A stretch of DNA of 38,907 bases from Burkholderiales bacterium. GTDB lineage: Bacteria > Pseudomonadota > Gammaproteobacteria > Burkholderiales > JACQAP01. The stretch is from contig JBOIFZ010000124.1 in NCBI GenBank assembly GCA_050741735.1, forward strand, positions 1-38,907. The letters run 5' to 3'. Positions 18,936 to 31,185 of this stretch are shown piece after piece. The notes under the pieces are model-generated. The model was not told the DNA's origin. It did not search any database and saw only the letters and a list, made by a program, of their open reading frames with translations. Every line of letters begins with the position of its first letter. Position 1 is the first letter of the stretch. Both the position numbers and the translations under genes were made by a program.

Positions 18936-19829
18936 TCATTTGAGTCTCTTGCCGTATAACCTGATCCAGCCTTGCTCCTCGACGGCGGGCTCCATGTCGA
19001 ACCATTCCGCATAGGCATCGGCAACAGCCCTTGCATGCGGCGCCAGGATCCCGGACAGCACCACATGTCCGCCCGGCACGGTCAACTCCGCGAGCAGCGG
19101 TGCCAGTATTTTGAGCGGATTGGAGAGGATATTGGCCATGACGACATCTGCCGGTTGCAGTCGCGGTCCATCGGCCCCGACGAAGGTTGCAACCACACGA
19201 TTCTGCTCGGCATTGTAACGGCTGGCGACCAGCGCCAGCGGATCGATGTCCACGCCAACCACGCGGCCGGCGCCGAATTTCGCCGCAGCAATGGCGAGGA
19301 TGCCGGAGCCGCAGCCGTAGTCGATGACGCTGCTGCCAGGGAACAGATGCCGGTCCAGCCAATCCAGGCACAGTCGCGTGGTCGGGTGGCTGCCGGTGCC
19401 GAAGGCGAGTCCCGGGTCGAGCACGATATTGATGGCGGAGCCATCCGGCGCGGCGTGCCAGCTCGGCACGACCCACAGCCGCGCAGACACCCGCATCGGC
19501 GCGAACTGGCTGTGGATGAGCTTCACCCAGTCCTGCTCGGGGACTTCTGCGGTGCGATATGCGGGGACCGGATTGAGGCCGGCGGCAGCGCAGGCGCGGC
19601 TGAGCACTGCGGCCGCGTCGGTGTCGGGATCGAACAGAGCAATCAGGCGGTTGCAGCCGTAGGCCAGTTCGGCCTCTTGTCCCGGTTCCTGAAAGATCGG
19701 GGTTTCCTGCTCGGTGCCGGCACACGCGTCGGCCACGTCCACGGAAATGGCGCCGGCCTCGAGAAGCGCGTCCGACAGCGCCGTTACCTGCGCGGCATCG
19801 AGCGTGAGTTCAAGCGCAAGCCAGGCGAT
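18936..19829 (-). CDS. prmA: Ribosomal protein L11 methyltransferase
   Basis: The product contains LDPGLAFGTGSHPTTRLCLDWLD and VIDYGCGSGILAIAA. Homology to the PrmA N-terminus (AWLALELTLDAAQVTALSDALLEAGAISV versus E. coli MPWIQLKL...LSDALMEAGAVSI) extends 29 codons upstream of the track GTG. In that stretch the best-placed start candidate is an ATC at 19829-19827, 6 nt after a GGAGG. Confidence 0.85.
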   Translation of the reverse strand: MAWLALELTLDAAQVTALSDALLEAGAISVDVADACAGTEQETPIFQEPGQEAELAYGCNRLIALFDPDTDAAAVLSRACAAAGLNPVPAYRTAEVPEQDWVKLIHSQFAPMRVSARLWVVPSWHAAPDGSAINIVLDPGLAFGTGSHPTTRLCLDWLDRHLFPGSSVIDYGCGSGILAIAAAKFGAGRVVGVDIDPLALVASRYNAEQNRVVATFVGADGPRLQPADVVMANILSNPLKILAPLLAELTVPGGHVVLSGILAPHARAVADAYAEWFDMEPAVEEQGWIRLYGKRLK

Positions 19830-19853
19830 GCCACACCTCCGCAGGATCCGCCG

Positions 19854-21209
19854 CTACTCCACCTTGCTGTACTTGGCGAGCTTCTCTTCCAGGTAATCGA
19901 TGCTGGTGCCTCCGCGCATGAATGCGGTGTCCAGCATCAACTCCTGGTGCAGCGGCAGGTTGGTCTGAATGCCCTCGACGCTCATTTCCGAGAGCGCGAC
20001 GCGCATGCGTGCGATTGCCTGGTCGCGGGTGTCGCCGTAGGCAATGACCTTGGCGATCAGGGAATCGTAATACGGCGGCACGAAATAACCGTGGTAGACG
20101 TGCGAATCCACGCGGATCCCCGGCCCGCCCGGCACGTGCCAGGAGGTGATGCGGCCCGGCGACGGTGTGAACTTGTAGGGATGCTCGGCATTGATCCGGC
20201 ACTCGATCGCGTGCCCGCGGAATGTGATGTCTTTCTGCCGGAACGGCAGTTTCTGTCCCGCGGCCACCAGAATCTGGGTCTTCACGATATCCACGCCGGT
20301 GATCATCTCGGTCACCGGATGCTCCACCTGCACCCGCGTGTTCATCTCGATGAAGTAGAACTCGCCCTTCTCGTAGAGGAACTCGAAGGTGCCCGCGCCG
20401 CGATAACCGATCTTGCGGCACGCCTCGGCGCAGCGCTCGCCGATGCGGACGCGCTCCTTCATCGGTATCAGGGGCGCCGGTGCCTCCTCGATGATCTTCT
20501 GGTGGCGGCGCTGCATCGAACAATCGCGGTCGCCGAGAAAGACCGCGTTGCGGTGCTCATCGGCGAGCACCTGGATCTCGACGTGACGCGGAGTCTCGAG
20601 AAACTTCTCCATATACACCGTCGGGTTGCCGAATGCGGCCTTCGCTTCCTGCCGGGTCATCGTAACCGCGTTGACCAGCGCCGCCTCGGTATGCACCACC
20701 CTCATACCGCGTCCGCCGCCGCCGCCGGCCGCCTTGATGATCACGGGATAGCCGATCTTGCGCGCCACCTTGACGATTTCCTGCGCCTCCTCGGGCAGCG
20801 CGCCTTCGCCTCCAGGCACAACCGGCACGCCGGCCTTGGTCATCGCCTGCTTGGCGCTCACCTTGTCGCCCATCAGCCGGATGGTGTCGGGCCTCGGCCC
20901 GATGAACACGAAGCCGCTTTTTTCCACCCGCTCGGCAAAGTCGGCGTTCTCGGACAGAAAGCCGTAGCCCGGGTGAATCGCCTCGGCGTCGGTCACTTCG
21001 GCGGCGCTGATGATCGCCGGCACGTTCAGGTAGCTTTCCGAGGCGGCGGCCGGGCCGATGCACACCGACTCGTCGGCAAGACGCACGTACTTGGCGTCGG
21101 CGTCGGCCACCGAGTGCACGGCGACCGTCTTGATGCCCAGTTCGCGGCAGGCGCGCTGTACGCGCAGCGCGATCTCACCGCGGTTCGCTATGAGGATTTT
21201 TTCGAACAT
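19854..21209 (-). CDS. accC: Acetyl-CoA carboxylase biotin carboxylase subunit
   Basis: 451-aa ORF beginning [17 protein letters not shown], with the ATP-grasp motifs [10 protein letters not shown] and [14 protein letters not shown]. Confidence 0.95.
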   Translation of the reverse strand: MFEKILIANRGEIALRVQRACRELGIKTVAVHSVADADAKYVRLADESVCIGPAAASESYLNVPAIISAAEVTDAEAIHPGYGFLSENADFAERVEKSGFVFIGPRPDTIRLMGDKVSAKQAMTKAGVPVVPGGEGALPEEAQEIVKVARKIGYPVIIKAAGGGGGRGMRVVHTEAALVNAVTMTRQEAKAAFGNPTVYMEKFLETPRHVEIQVLADEHRNAVFLGDRDCSMQRRHQKIIEEAPAPLIPMKERVRIGERCAEACRKIGYRGAGTFEFLYEKGEFYFIEMNTRVQVEHPVTEMITGVDIVKTQILVAAGQKLPFRQKDITFRGHAIECRINAEHPYKFTPSPGRITSWHVPGGPGIRVDSHVYHGYFVPPYYDSLIAKVIAYGDTRDQAIARMRVALSEMSVEGIQTNLPLHQELMLDTAFMRGGTSIDYLEEKLAKYSKVE

Positions 21210-21261
21210 GGAAAGCTTTGCGCGCGCCGCCTGGGAAAAACCAGGCCGGGCGGGTCGATGC

Positions 21262-21726
21262 TCAACTAATCAGGAATAGCGGCTGGCCATACTCGACCGG
21301 CTGGCCGTTCTCCACCAGCACGGACTTGATCACGCCACCCAGGTCGGCCTCGATTTCGTTCAACAATTTCATTGCCTCGATGATGCACAGCGTATCGCCG
21401 GCATTGACCGATTGCCCGATTTCCACGAAAGGCTTGGCGCCGGGCGCCGACGAGCGATAGAAAGTACCGACCATGGGTGATTTCACCACATGCCCTTCAG
21501 GCTCGGCTGGGGCTCCGGGCGCCGCTGCCAGCGCGACCGCGGCTGCGGCCGCCGCCGGAGCCACCGTCATCATGCTCGTGGCCTGGGGCATCGTCATCAC
21601 CGCAGTCTGCACCGCATTGCCGGCACGGCTGATCCGTACTTTTTCCTCGCCCTCCGTGATCTCCAGTTCGGCGATTCCGGATTCCTGCACCAGGTCGATC
21701 AGCTTCTTGAGTTTCCTCAAGTCCAT
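21262..21726 (-). CDS. accB: Acetyl-CoA carboxylase biotin carboxyl carrier protein
   Basis: 154-aa ORF with an Ala/Pro linker and the biotinylation motif [15 protein letters not shown]. Confidence 0.93.
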   Translation of the reverse strand: MDLRKLKKLIDLVQESGIAELEITEGEEKVRISRAGNAVQTAVMTMPQATSMMTVAPAAAAAAVALAAAPGAPAEPEGHVVKSPMVGTFYRSSAPGAKPFVEIGQSVNAGDTLCIIEAMKLLNEIEADLGGVIKSVLVENGQPVEYGQPLFLIS

Positions 21727-21738
21727 ATAGGCGGGACC

Positions 21739-22233
21739 CTATTTCCCGGCTGTATAGGTCAGCGCGCACTGCAACGCGTACTCATAGCCTTGCGACCCCA
21801 GTCCGCAAATCACCCCGACAGCTTGGTCGCTGAAATAGGAGTGGCGCCGGAAGGGCTCGCGCGCGTGCACGTTGGATAGATGCACTTCGATGTAGGGAAT
21901 GCGCACCGCGGCGAGCGCATCGCGCAGCGCCACGCTGGTATGGGTATAGGCTGCCGGATTGATGATGACGAAATCGACGCCGGCAGGGCCGGCTTTGTGG
22001 ACGCGCTCGACCAGCTCAGCCTCCGAGTTGCTCTGATAGCTGTCGAGCTTGGCCCCGGCATTCAGCGCCAGCGCCAGCAAACGCTTGTTGATGTCCGACA
22101 GGGTTTCGGCTCCATAGATCTCCGGCTCGCGAGAGCCGAGAAGATTGAGGTTGGGGCCATGCAGGACGAGAACTTTTCTGGGGCGTACAGGGCCGGAGGA
22201 AGCCGCCTTGCCACCCTTCGAGGCGTTCTTCAT
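21739..22233 (-). CDS. aroQ: Type II 3-dehydroquinate dehydratase
   Basis: Motifs are [34 protein letters not shown] and [17 protein letters not shown]. The product is about 15 aa longer at the N-terminus than typical AroQ, but no alternative start exists. Confidence 0.9.
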   Translation of the reverse strand: MKNASKGGKAASSGPVRPRKVLVLHGPNLNLLGSREPEIYGAETLSDINKRLLALALNAGAKLDSYQSNSEAELVERVHKAGPAGVDFVIINPAAYTHTSVALRDALAAVRIPYIEVHLSNVHAREPFRRHSYFSDQAVGVICGLGSQGYEYALQCALTYTAGK

Positions 22234-22472
22234 GGCGGCAAGTTTGCCGCAGTTTGCAGGAATTTGTCCAGTTTAGGCGGGATTTTGACCCATTCAACGG
22301 GCCTGGATTTTGCGTTTCCGGGCCGCTGTCCCAAGGCATGGGCGCACCTTCGTCGATGCTGCGGTGGGTCCGGAGCGAACCCCAAACCAATGCGTCAGAA
22401 CCCGCACAAGTCCTGAGTTTTAAGCGCTGTTCGTGGAATTTGGCGCCTATTGTGAAACGTTCGAAGCGAAAT

Positions 22473-23000
22473 TCACATGGCCGGCTGGATGATCCCGGTC
22501 AGTTTTTGCTCGTTCAACCCGCCAAGCTCGGTCCCAATCAACCGGCCTTCGCGATCGAGAATGACCGTGAATGGTAGGCCGCCAAGTTCGTTGCCGGCGA
22601 CCCTGGCGAGCTCGATCGCGTCCATTTCGCCGATAAGAACCGGATAGTTCATGCGGTACTTGACAACAAATTCGCGAACTTTAGCCGGATTATCAACGGC
22701 GATCCCAACAAATTGCAGCCCTTGGTCGCCGAGTTTTTCCTGCATCCGGACGAATTCGGGGATTTCCTTCAGACACGGCGGACACCAGGTCGCCCAGAAA
22801 TTCACCACCATGACCTTGCCCCGCCATTGGGCCAATGCCTGGGATTTGCCTTCCATGTCGGGAAGCGAGGCTGCCATCAGCCGAGCTACATTGCCTGAAA
22901 CCGGCGCCCCGCCCCTGTTCCAAGTGTGCAGCCAGAAACCGGCCGCGAGCGCCGAAACGACCGCGAGCACCAAAAGCGCGATCCGGGCGGCTCTTTTCAT
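22473..23000 (-). CDS. TlpA/ResA-family membrane-anchored thiol:disulfide oxidoreductase
   Basis: 175-aa ORF with an N-terminal anchor helix and the thioredoxin motif VVNFWATWCPPCLKEIPEF. Its ATG overlaps the upstream stop (ATGA). Confidence 0.85.
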   Translation of the reverse strand: MKRAARIALLVLAVVSALAAGFWLHTWNRGGAPVSGNVARLMAASLPDMEGKSQALAQWRGKVMVVNFWATWCPPCLKEIPEFVRMQEKLGDQGLQFVGIAVDNPAKVREFVVKYRMNYPVLIGEMDAIELARVAGNELGGLPFTVILDREGRLIGTELGGLNEQKLTGIIQPAM

Positions 23001-23512
23001 CGGGACGGTGCCGCGTCCCGCAACCGCAATATCAGATTCGAGGCATTGCCTTCGGATCTGACGGCTTCACCGGACGATCGCGCCGGAACGAGCCGTGCCG
23101 TTTGGGTCAGCGGGAGGTAGCACACGCCGACATCGGCGCAACCCTGGGAAACCGCCTTCAGCGTAAAGCCCCCGGCCGATTTCACCGCCAGCCTGATGAC
23201 CAGTTCGCCGCGATAGGTCTCGACCCGCCCGAAGAATTCGTCGTCCTTGATCTTGCCGGGCGGAAACCGGGCTTCGCCTAGCCCGACCGATCGTGGAATC
23301 GCGGTGAACCGGAACTTGTCGCGATACATGTAATAGCCGTCGGCGATGCGATAGCGCAACTCCACGAGTCCGGGTTCGATGAGCCTGGCCGAGAACCGGA
23401 ACGCCTGCTCCGGCGCCAGCAGGTCGTCGGCAGCGGCCGGCGATAACGCACATGCAGCGCATGCCGCCAGCAGCGTTTCGGCAAAAAATCTTGCGGTGAT
23501 GCGCCGGTTCAT
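22997..23512 (-). CDS. DsbD N-terminal (alpha) domain protein; the membrane and thioredoxin domains of DsbD are absent
   Basis: 171-aa ORF with a signal peptide. LLAPEQAFRFSA, YRIADGYYMYRDKFRF and QGCADVGVCYLP are typical of the DsbD periplasmic N-domain. It lies directly downstream of cutA, as dsbD usually does. Confidence 0.7.
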   Translation of the reverse strand: MNRRITARFFAETLLAACAACALSPAAADDLLAPEQAFRFSARLIEPGLVELRYRIADGYYMYRDKFRFTAIPRSVGLGEARFPPGKIKDDEFFGRVETYRGELVIRLAVKSAGGFTLKAVSQGCADVGVCYLPLTQTARLVPARSSGEAVRSEGNASNLILRLRDAAPSR

Positions 23513-23530
23513 TCGGTGGAAAAGGGGGCC

Positions 23531-23878
23531 TTATTCGGCGGCGGATTCGGCAGCGACCCAGCCCAGATATTCGCCCAGACCGGCCACAACAGGGACACTG
23601 ACGATCTCGGGAAGTTCATACGGGTGGTTGGCGCGGATCGCGGCTTCGACGCGCGGATAACGTGAAGCCACCGTCTTGATCAGCACCGGTACCTCGGTCG
23701 CCGTCTCGATCCTGCCCTGCCAGCGATAGACCGATGAGCACGGTGCCAGCACGTTGACACAGGCGGCGAGCCGCTGCTCCACCAGCAACTGCGCCAGCTT
23801 CCTGGCCGCCGCAAGGTCCGGCAAATTGGTCAACACCACGACGACTTCGCCGCCAGCGCCGGACACGTCATTGTCCAC
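23531..23878 (-). CDS. cutA: Divalent-cation tolerance protein CutA
   Basis: 115-aa ORF containing LAACVNVLAPCSSVYRWQGRIE...HPYELPEI, the CutA1 signature region. Confidence 0.9.
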   Translation of the reverse strand: MDNDVSGAGGEVVVVLTNLPDLAAARKLAQLLVEQRLAACVNVLAPCSSVYRWQGRIETATEVPVLIKTVASRYPRVEAAIRANHPYELPEIVSVPVVAGLGEYLGWVAAESAAE

Positions 23879-23929
23879 GGGAAAGTACTCCGGGCAATTA
23901 CGTCGCGCCGGCCGCTGCGGATGCGTTGT

Positions 23930-24808
23930 TCACGTCGATCGAGCCCGCGCGGCAACGACGCCCTGCGCGACCGACGGATAGCGCAGCCTCACCCGCAACT
24001 CTTTTTTCAGGCGGCGGTTGGCAAGGCGCCGGGATTCGCGCATGAAAGACAGCGTGCTTTCCGGAATCTCCCGCTCCGCGGCTTCGCGACTGATCCGAGG
24101 CGGGTGCGGCAGACCGAACTGGTCAGCGACCAGGTCGAAGTAGTCGCCCATTTTCATCCATGAGTCGTCGCAAGCGTTGTACGCACGTCCGCCGCGGCCG
24201 CGACTCAATGCCGCCATCACAGTGCGGGCGAGGTCATCGGCATGGATGTGATTGGTATACGGATCGTGCGCGGTCTCAAGCGCCGGCGTGCCGGCTTTCA
24301 GACGCGCAAGCGGCAGTCGTTCTGCGGCGTAGATCCCGGGCACGCGCAGGATGCTGACATGCACACCGGTCTGCGCGCCCCATGCGCGCAGTTGCCGTTC
24401 AGCATCCAGTCGGCGCCGGGCGCGATCGCTCGAGGGTTTCGCTCCCCGGGTCTCGTCCACCACGGCACCGCCGCAATCTCCATAGACGCCACTGGTGCTG
24501 ATGTACGTCATTCGCTGTGGTAGACTGCCGCCCTTTGCGAGTGCCCGAACCAGGTTGGCGGTGCGCGTGTCACGCGTTCCCGATCCCGGCGGCGGGGCGA
24601 AATGCACCACGTCCTGCGCCAGGCCGGCGAGCCGGTCCAGCGTCTCTGGACGATCCAGATCTCCAGCCACCGGAACTATCCCTTCGGCACGCAGCAGCGC
24701 ATGCCGGTTCTTCGAGTGGGTTAACGAGTAAATGCGCCAACGCCCCCGCAGTGCACGTACCATGCGCAGACCGACATCGCCGCAGCCAATGATCAACAGT
24801 CTTCTCAT
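23930..24808 (-). CDS. NAD(P)-dependent SDR/epimerase-family oxidoreductase
   Basis: 292-aa ORF with the Rossmann N-terminus MRRLLIIGCGDVGLR and an extended-SDR-like layout (YISTSGVYG). Confidence 0.7.
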   Translation of the reverse strand: MRRLLIIGCGDVGLRMVRALRGRWRIYSLTHSKNRHALLRAEGIVPVAGDLDRPETLDRLAGLAQDVVHFAPPPGSGTRDTRTANLVRALAKGGSLPQRMTYISTSGVYGDCGGAVVDETRGAKPSSDRARRRLDAERQLRAWGAQTGVHVSILRVPGIYAAERLPLARLKAGTPALETAHDPYTNHIHADDLARTVMAALSRGRGGRAYNACDDSWMKMGDYFDLVADQFGLPHPPRISREAAEREIPESTLSFMRESRRLANRRLKKELRVRLRYPSVAQGVVAARARST

Positions 24809-24854
24809 GCGTGCATTTTAACCCGGAGCCCGGCCCCAGCTTCTTCGAACTGCA

Positions 24855-25886
24855 ATGTCCCACCAGGTTACCATCAGGCCCAGCAATCACGTTTTCACGG
24901 TCGGCGAAGGCGAAACCGTGCTCGCCGCCGCGCTGCGCGAAGGCTTCACCCTGCCTTACGGCTGCCGCAACGGCGCCTGTGGCACCTGCAAGGGCAAAAT
25001 CCTAGAGGGCAAGGTGGACTACGGCAATCCGCAGCCGTACGTGCTCGCCGAGTTCGAGAAGAAAGCGGGGCTGGCGCTGTTCTGCCAGGCCAGGCCGCTG
25101 GCCGATCTGGTGATCGAGGCGCGCGAAATCAGCGGGGTGGGCGAGCTGCAGATCCGCAAGCTGCCGTGCCGGGTGCAGGAGATGCACAGGGTCGCTCCCG
25201 ACGTGGTGGTGCTGAAACTGAAACTGCCGGCGAACGAGCGCCTGCAGTTCCTGGCCGGACAGTACATCGACATCCTGATGAAGGACGGCAAACGCCGCGC
25301 CTATTCGATGAGCAATCCGCCGCACGACGACCAATACGTCGAACTGCACGTGCGCAACATGGCCAACGGCGCCTTCACCGACTACGTGTTCAACCGGATG
25401 AAGGAGAAGGACATCCTGCGTTTCGAGGGACCGCTGGGCACCTTCTTCATGCGCGAGGATTCCGACAAGCCGATCCTCTTCGTGGCGAGCGGCACGGGAT
25501 TCGCGCCGATCAAAAGCATCATCGAACACGCCTTCCATGTCGGGACCACCCGCCAGATGATGCTGTACTGGGGCGGACGCCGGCCGATGGACATTTACGT
25601 GGGTGAACTCGCCGCCCGCTGGCAGCAGGAACACGACAATTTCAGCTTCGTCCCGGTGATCTCGGACGCGCTTCCCGAGGACAACTGGAGCGGGCGCAGC
25701 GGTTTCGTGCACCGCGCAGTGATGGAGGATTTCCCCGACATGAGCGGCTATCAGGTGTACGCCTGCGGCGCGCCGGTGGTGGTGGAAGCCGCGCACAAGG
25801 ACTTCACCACGCAGTGCGGGCTTCCCGAGGACGAGTTTTTCTCCGACGCCTTCACCCCGTCGGTCGATCCTAAGCCCGCCGCGTGA
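24855..25886 (+). CDS. 2Fe-2S ferredoxin / FNR-family flavin reductase (CDP-6-deoxy-delta-3,4-glucoseen reductase-like)
   Basis: 343-aa ORF. It has the plant-type ferredoxin cysteines CRNGACGTCKGK...FCQA, the FAD motif RAYSMSN, and the NAD-binding motif FVASGTGFAP. Confidence 0.8.
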   Translation: MSHQVTIRPSNHVFTVGEGETVLAAALREGFTLPYGCRNGACGTCKGKILEGKVDYGNPQPYVLAEFEKKAGLALFCQARPLADLVIEAREISGVGELQIRKLPCRVQEMHRVAPDVVVLKLKLPANERLQFLAGQYIDILMKDGKRRAYSMSNPPHDDQYVELHVRNMANGAFTDYVFNRMKEKDILRFEGPLGTFFMREDSDKPILFVASGTGFAPIKSIIEHAFHVGTTRQMMLYWGGRRPMDIYVGELAARWQQEHDNFSFVPVISDALPEDNWSGRSGFVHRAVMEDFPDMSGYQVYACGAPVVVEAAHKDFTTQCGLPEDEFFSDAFTPSVDPKPAA

Positions 25887-25897
25887 CTTTCTAAATC

Positions 25898-26064
25898 TTC
25901 ACCGCAAAGGCGCAAAGGCGCGAAGGCGCGAAGAAAAACCCGCAAAGAAATACGAAATCTGACTTGAAACCCGGCGCAAACGTGACCTCGGAAATTTTTC
26001 GTACAGTATTCGTTCTTTGGCTTTCCTTTGCGTTTCCTCTGCGCCCTTGCGTCTTTGCGGTGAA
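25898..26064. repeat. MITE/REP-like element: 24-bp terminal inverted repeats (22/24 match) built from CGCAAAGG-type tandem units, flanking a ~119-bp core
   Basis: The sequence at 25898-25921 is TTCACCGCAAAGGCGCAAAGGCGC. The reverse complement of 26041-26064 is TTCACCGCAAAGACGCAAGGGCGC. The element fills the convergent gap between the reductase stop (25886) and the ppc stop (26074). Confidence 0.65.
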
Positions 26065-26073
26065 AAGATCTGG

Positions 26074-28842
<2,769 letters not shown>

Positions 28843-28868
28843 ATGACTTTCAAAGGCGTTTCACCGCA

Positions 28869-30077
28869 TCAGAGCACCGGCTGCCTGCGTCCGCCGCCGT
28901 AGTGCTGCAACTGGCCGAGCGTGACCTCGAGCGCCTTCTGGTAGTGGGCGGCAGCCTGTTCGAGCTTGCCTTCGCGCTCCAGCAGGCGCGCCAGCTCCAG
29001 GTGCACCGAATACGTGGGCTCGATCGACAGGCTTGCCTCGAGATAACTGCGGGCCTTGCCCCACAAACCCTGGTGCGCGCAAAGCCGGCCCAGCGTGAGC
29101 AACAGCACCGCATCGCGCGGATGCGCCTGAAGCCACTTCTCGGCACGTTCCAGTTGCTGCCGGACGTCTTCCCCCAGGCATTCGGAATACAGCGCCAGGA
29201 GGCCCTGGTCCCAGATCCGCTCGACGCCGTCCTCGACGATACGATGCGCCTCCGCACACGCACCAAGATCGACGAAGCACCGTGCCGCCGCCGCGGCGAT
29301 GCGCGGCTCATGCCGGTCCTGCACCGGCAGCTTGTCCCAGTATTCGCGTAGCGCCTTGCCATCCAGCGTCGTGAGCTTTAGGTTCTCGATGATCGCGTGG
29401 CGGCGCAGTTGCGAGACCACCGGCCGTTCGAACACCTTGCGCTTTTCCAGTTGCGGGATCAGCGCCAGCACGCGGTCCCAGTTCTTTGCCATCTGCTGCG
29501 CGCGCAGCTCCAGCCGCAAAGCGGCCGTGTGGCTCTCCGGCAACCGCTTCAGCACATCGAGCGCGTCGTGGTAGCGGCGTTCGTCCAGCAGCATTTCTGC
29601 CTGCGCGATCAATCGCATGCTGTCTTCGACGGGATCGTGGCCGGCGGCCTTGGCCAGATAATCGTCGCGCGTGGAAAACGCGCGCATGCCGTGCGCGGCG
29701 CGCGCCGCCAAAATGGCGGAAAGGGCCGGCGACTCACCCGCCTTGAGCGCCGCAGCGGCCGCCTTCTCGGCCTTGCCGAAGCGGCCTTCGAAGAAATTGA
29801 CCAGGGCCTCGTTGAAAGCGGCGCGCGCCCGGTTTTCGTTGCGGCGCTTGAGGTAGGCCCGCACCCGACCCGGCATGGCGATCGAAATCATGATCGCGCG
29901 CATCACCAGATACGCGACCACGACGGCCACTACTGCGATGAGAATCGCCAGATTGAGCGAAAGCTCGACGCGCCATGGCGGCAGCACCAGCAGTACGTAG
30001 CCGTTGTTGTAGCGCGCCGCCAGCACCAGTCCGACGGCGGCGGCAAAAAGTCCGATTACCCACAACAGACCCCGCAT
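28869..30077 (-). CDS. hemY: HemY-like heme biosynthesis-associated TPR membrane protein
   Basis: 402-aa ORF with two N-terminal TM helices followed by TPR-like repeats. It sits downstream of hemX in the canonical hemCDXY order. Confidence 0.75.
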   Translation of the reverse strand: MRGLLWVIGLFAAAVGLVLAARYNNGYVLLVLPPWRVELSLNLAILIAVVAVVVAYLVMRAIMISIAMPGRVRAYLKRRNENRARAAFNEALVNFFEGRFGKAEKAAAAALKAGESPALSAILAARAAHGMRAFSTRDDYLAKAAGHDPVEDSMRLIAQAEMLLDERRYHDALDVLKRLPESHTAALRLELRAQQMAKNWDRVLALIPQLEKRKVFERPVVSQLRRHAIIENLKLTTLDGKALREYWDKLPVQDRHEPRIAAAAARCFVDLGACAEAHRIVEDGVERIWDQGLLALYSECLGEDVRQQLERAEKWLQAHPRDAVLLLTLGRLCAHQGLWGKARSYLEASLSIEPTYSVHLELARLLEREGKLEQAAAHYQKALEVTLGQLQHYGGGRRQPVL

Positions 30078-30111
30078 CAGTCTGCCCCCTGCATCGGATA
30101 GCGAGTCATCC

Positions 30112-31164
30112 TCAGCGGACGGCCCGCTCGCGCACCATCCTGAGATTGCGCGCTGCGTCCAGGCTCGCGGAGATATCCGGAAGCTCGATGCCGACCTCTG
30201 ACTGCGCCAGCTGCTTCAGGGTGGACAGCGCGGCAGCCACCGGTTTGCTACCGGTGTCGTAGTAGCGTTGCAACCAGTCCGAAGCCGCGTCGAGATCAGC
30301 CTGGAAGCTTGTCTCGTCGCGCGTCAGCAATGTCAGCCGCGCCCCGAGAAGACGCAGCTTCAGATTCTCGCGCAGGAAGAATGCCTGCTCCGGGGACAGC
30401 AGCGGAGCCTCCGGTTTTTCGGCATTCTGGATGCGCACCAGGCGACGCAGATCCTGTTTGGTTTCGCGCCACAGATTGGCCCAGAATTCCCCGCTCGCCG
30501 GCGCAGCCGCATCGTTGGCCGGCTGCGGTCGCTGCTCCATGGCCAAGGGCAACACATCCACCGCCGTCATCACGTTGTCCAGACGCAGCGCCATGCCCAC
30601 CACGTCCACGTACGGCGCGGCCTTGAGCCGCTCCATATCCTTGCTGATTACCCGCCGCAATGCGGTCAACTGCGGGCGATCCATACGCGCCAGGCGCGCA
30701 TCCGCAGTCTCCAGCGCAATCAGCGCGGCTTTGACGTTACCTGCAAGCTGTAGTTGCTGGTTGGCGATCAGCAGTGCCTGCTCGACTTCGGCGAGCACCC
30801 ATTCGTCGCGGCTGCCCGACAAATCCCTGTAGAGCGATTCGAGCGCCAGACGCTGGTTCTGGGTTTCCACCATGCGCACCTCGAGCTGTCCGAGCCGCGC
30901 CACCACGTCGCGCAATTCGTCGCGCGACTGCCCGGCAAGCGACCGCGTTTCGCGGCTTAGGGCATCGGCTTCGGCAAGACGCCTGGCCACGTCCTGCTGG
31001 AGTACGTCGACGCGCTTGCGTGCGTCATACCACTGCCACGCGGCCAGCGCAGTCGCGGCCAATGCCAGCAGCAACGCCAGGTCGGCAAGTCGCGAGCGTC
31101 GCCGCGGCTGTGACGCAGCCCGTGTATCCGCAACGAGTTGCTGTTCGCTTGATGGTTCGGCCAT
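30112..31164 (-). CDS. hemX: HemX-like protein (annotated in databases as uroporphyrinogen-III C-methyltransferase family)
   Basis: 350-aa ORF with one TM helix, a long coiled-coil and the LIANQQLQLAGNVKAALIALETAD region typical of HemX. Synteny also supports the call. Confidence 0.75.
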   Translation of the reverse strand: MAEPSSEQQLVADTRAASQPRRRSRLADLALLLALAATALAAWQWYDARKRVDVLQQDVARRLAEADALSRETRSLAGQSRDELRDVVARLGQLEVRMVETQNQRLALESLYRDLSGSRDEWVLAEVEQALLIANQQLQLAGNVKAALIALETADARLARMDRPQLTALRRVISKDMERLKAAPYVDVVGMALRLDNVMTAVDVLPLAMEQRPQPANDAAAPASGEFWANLWRETKQDLRRLVRIQNAEKPEAPLLSPEQAFFLRENLKLRLLGARLTLLTRDETSFQADLDAASDWLQRYYDTGSKPVAAALSTLKQLAQSEVGIELPDISASLDAARNLRMVRERAVR

Positions 31165-31185
31165 ATTTCCCGGAAAAAAAAACGG

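Noticed and set aside
21229-21246. A 6-bp GC stem (GCCTGG-N6-CCAGGC) between accB and accC as a possible attenuator.
   Set aside because: It is short, has no U-tract and no evident conservation information. It is too weak to call a regulatory feature from sequence alone.
18972-21269. 765-aa plus-strand ORF opposite prmA and accC.
   Set aside because: It is antisense to two highly conserved housekeeping genes and has no recognisable domain. It shows the same shadow-frame composition.
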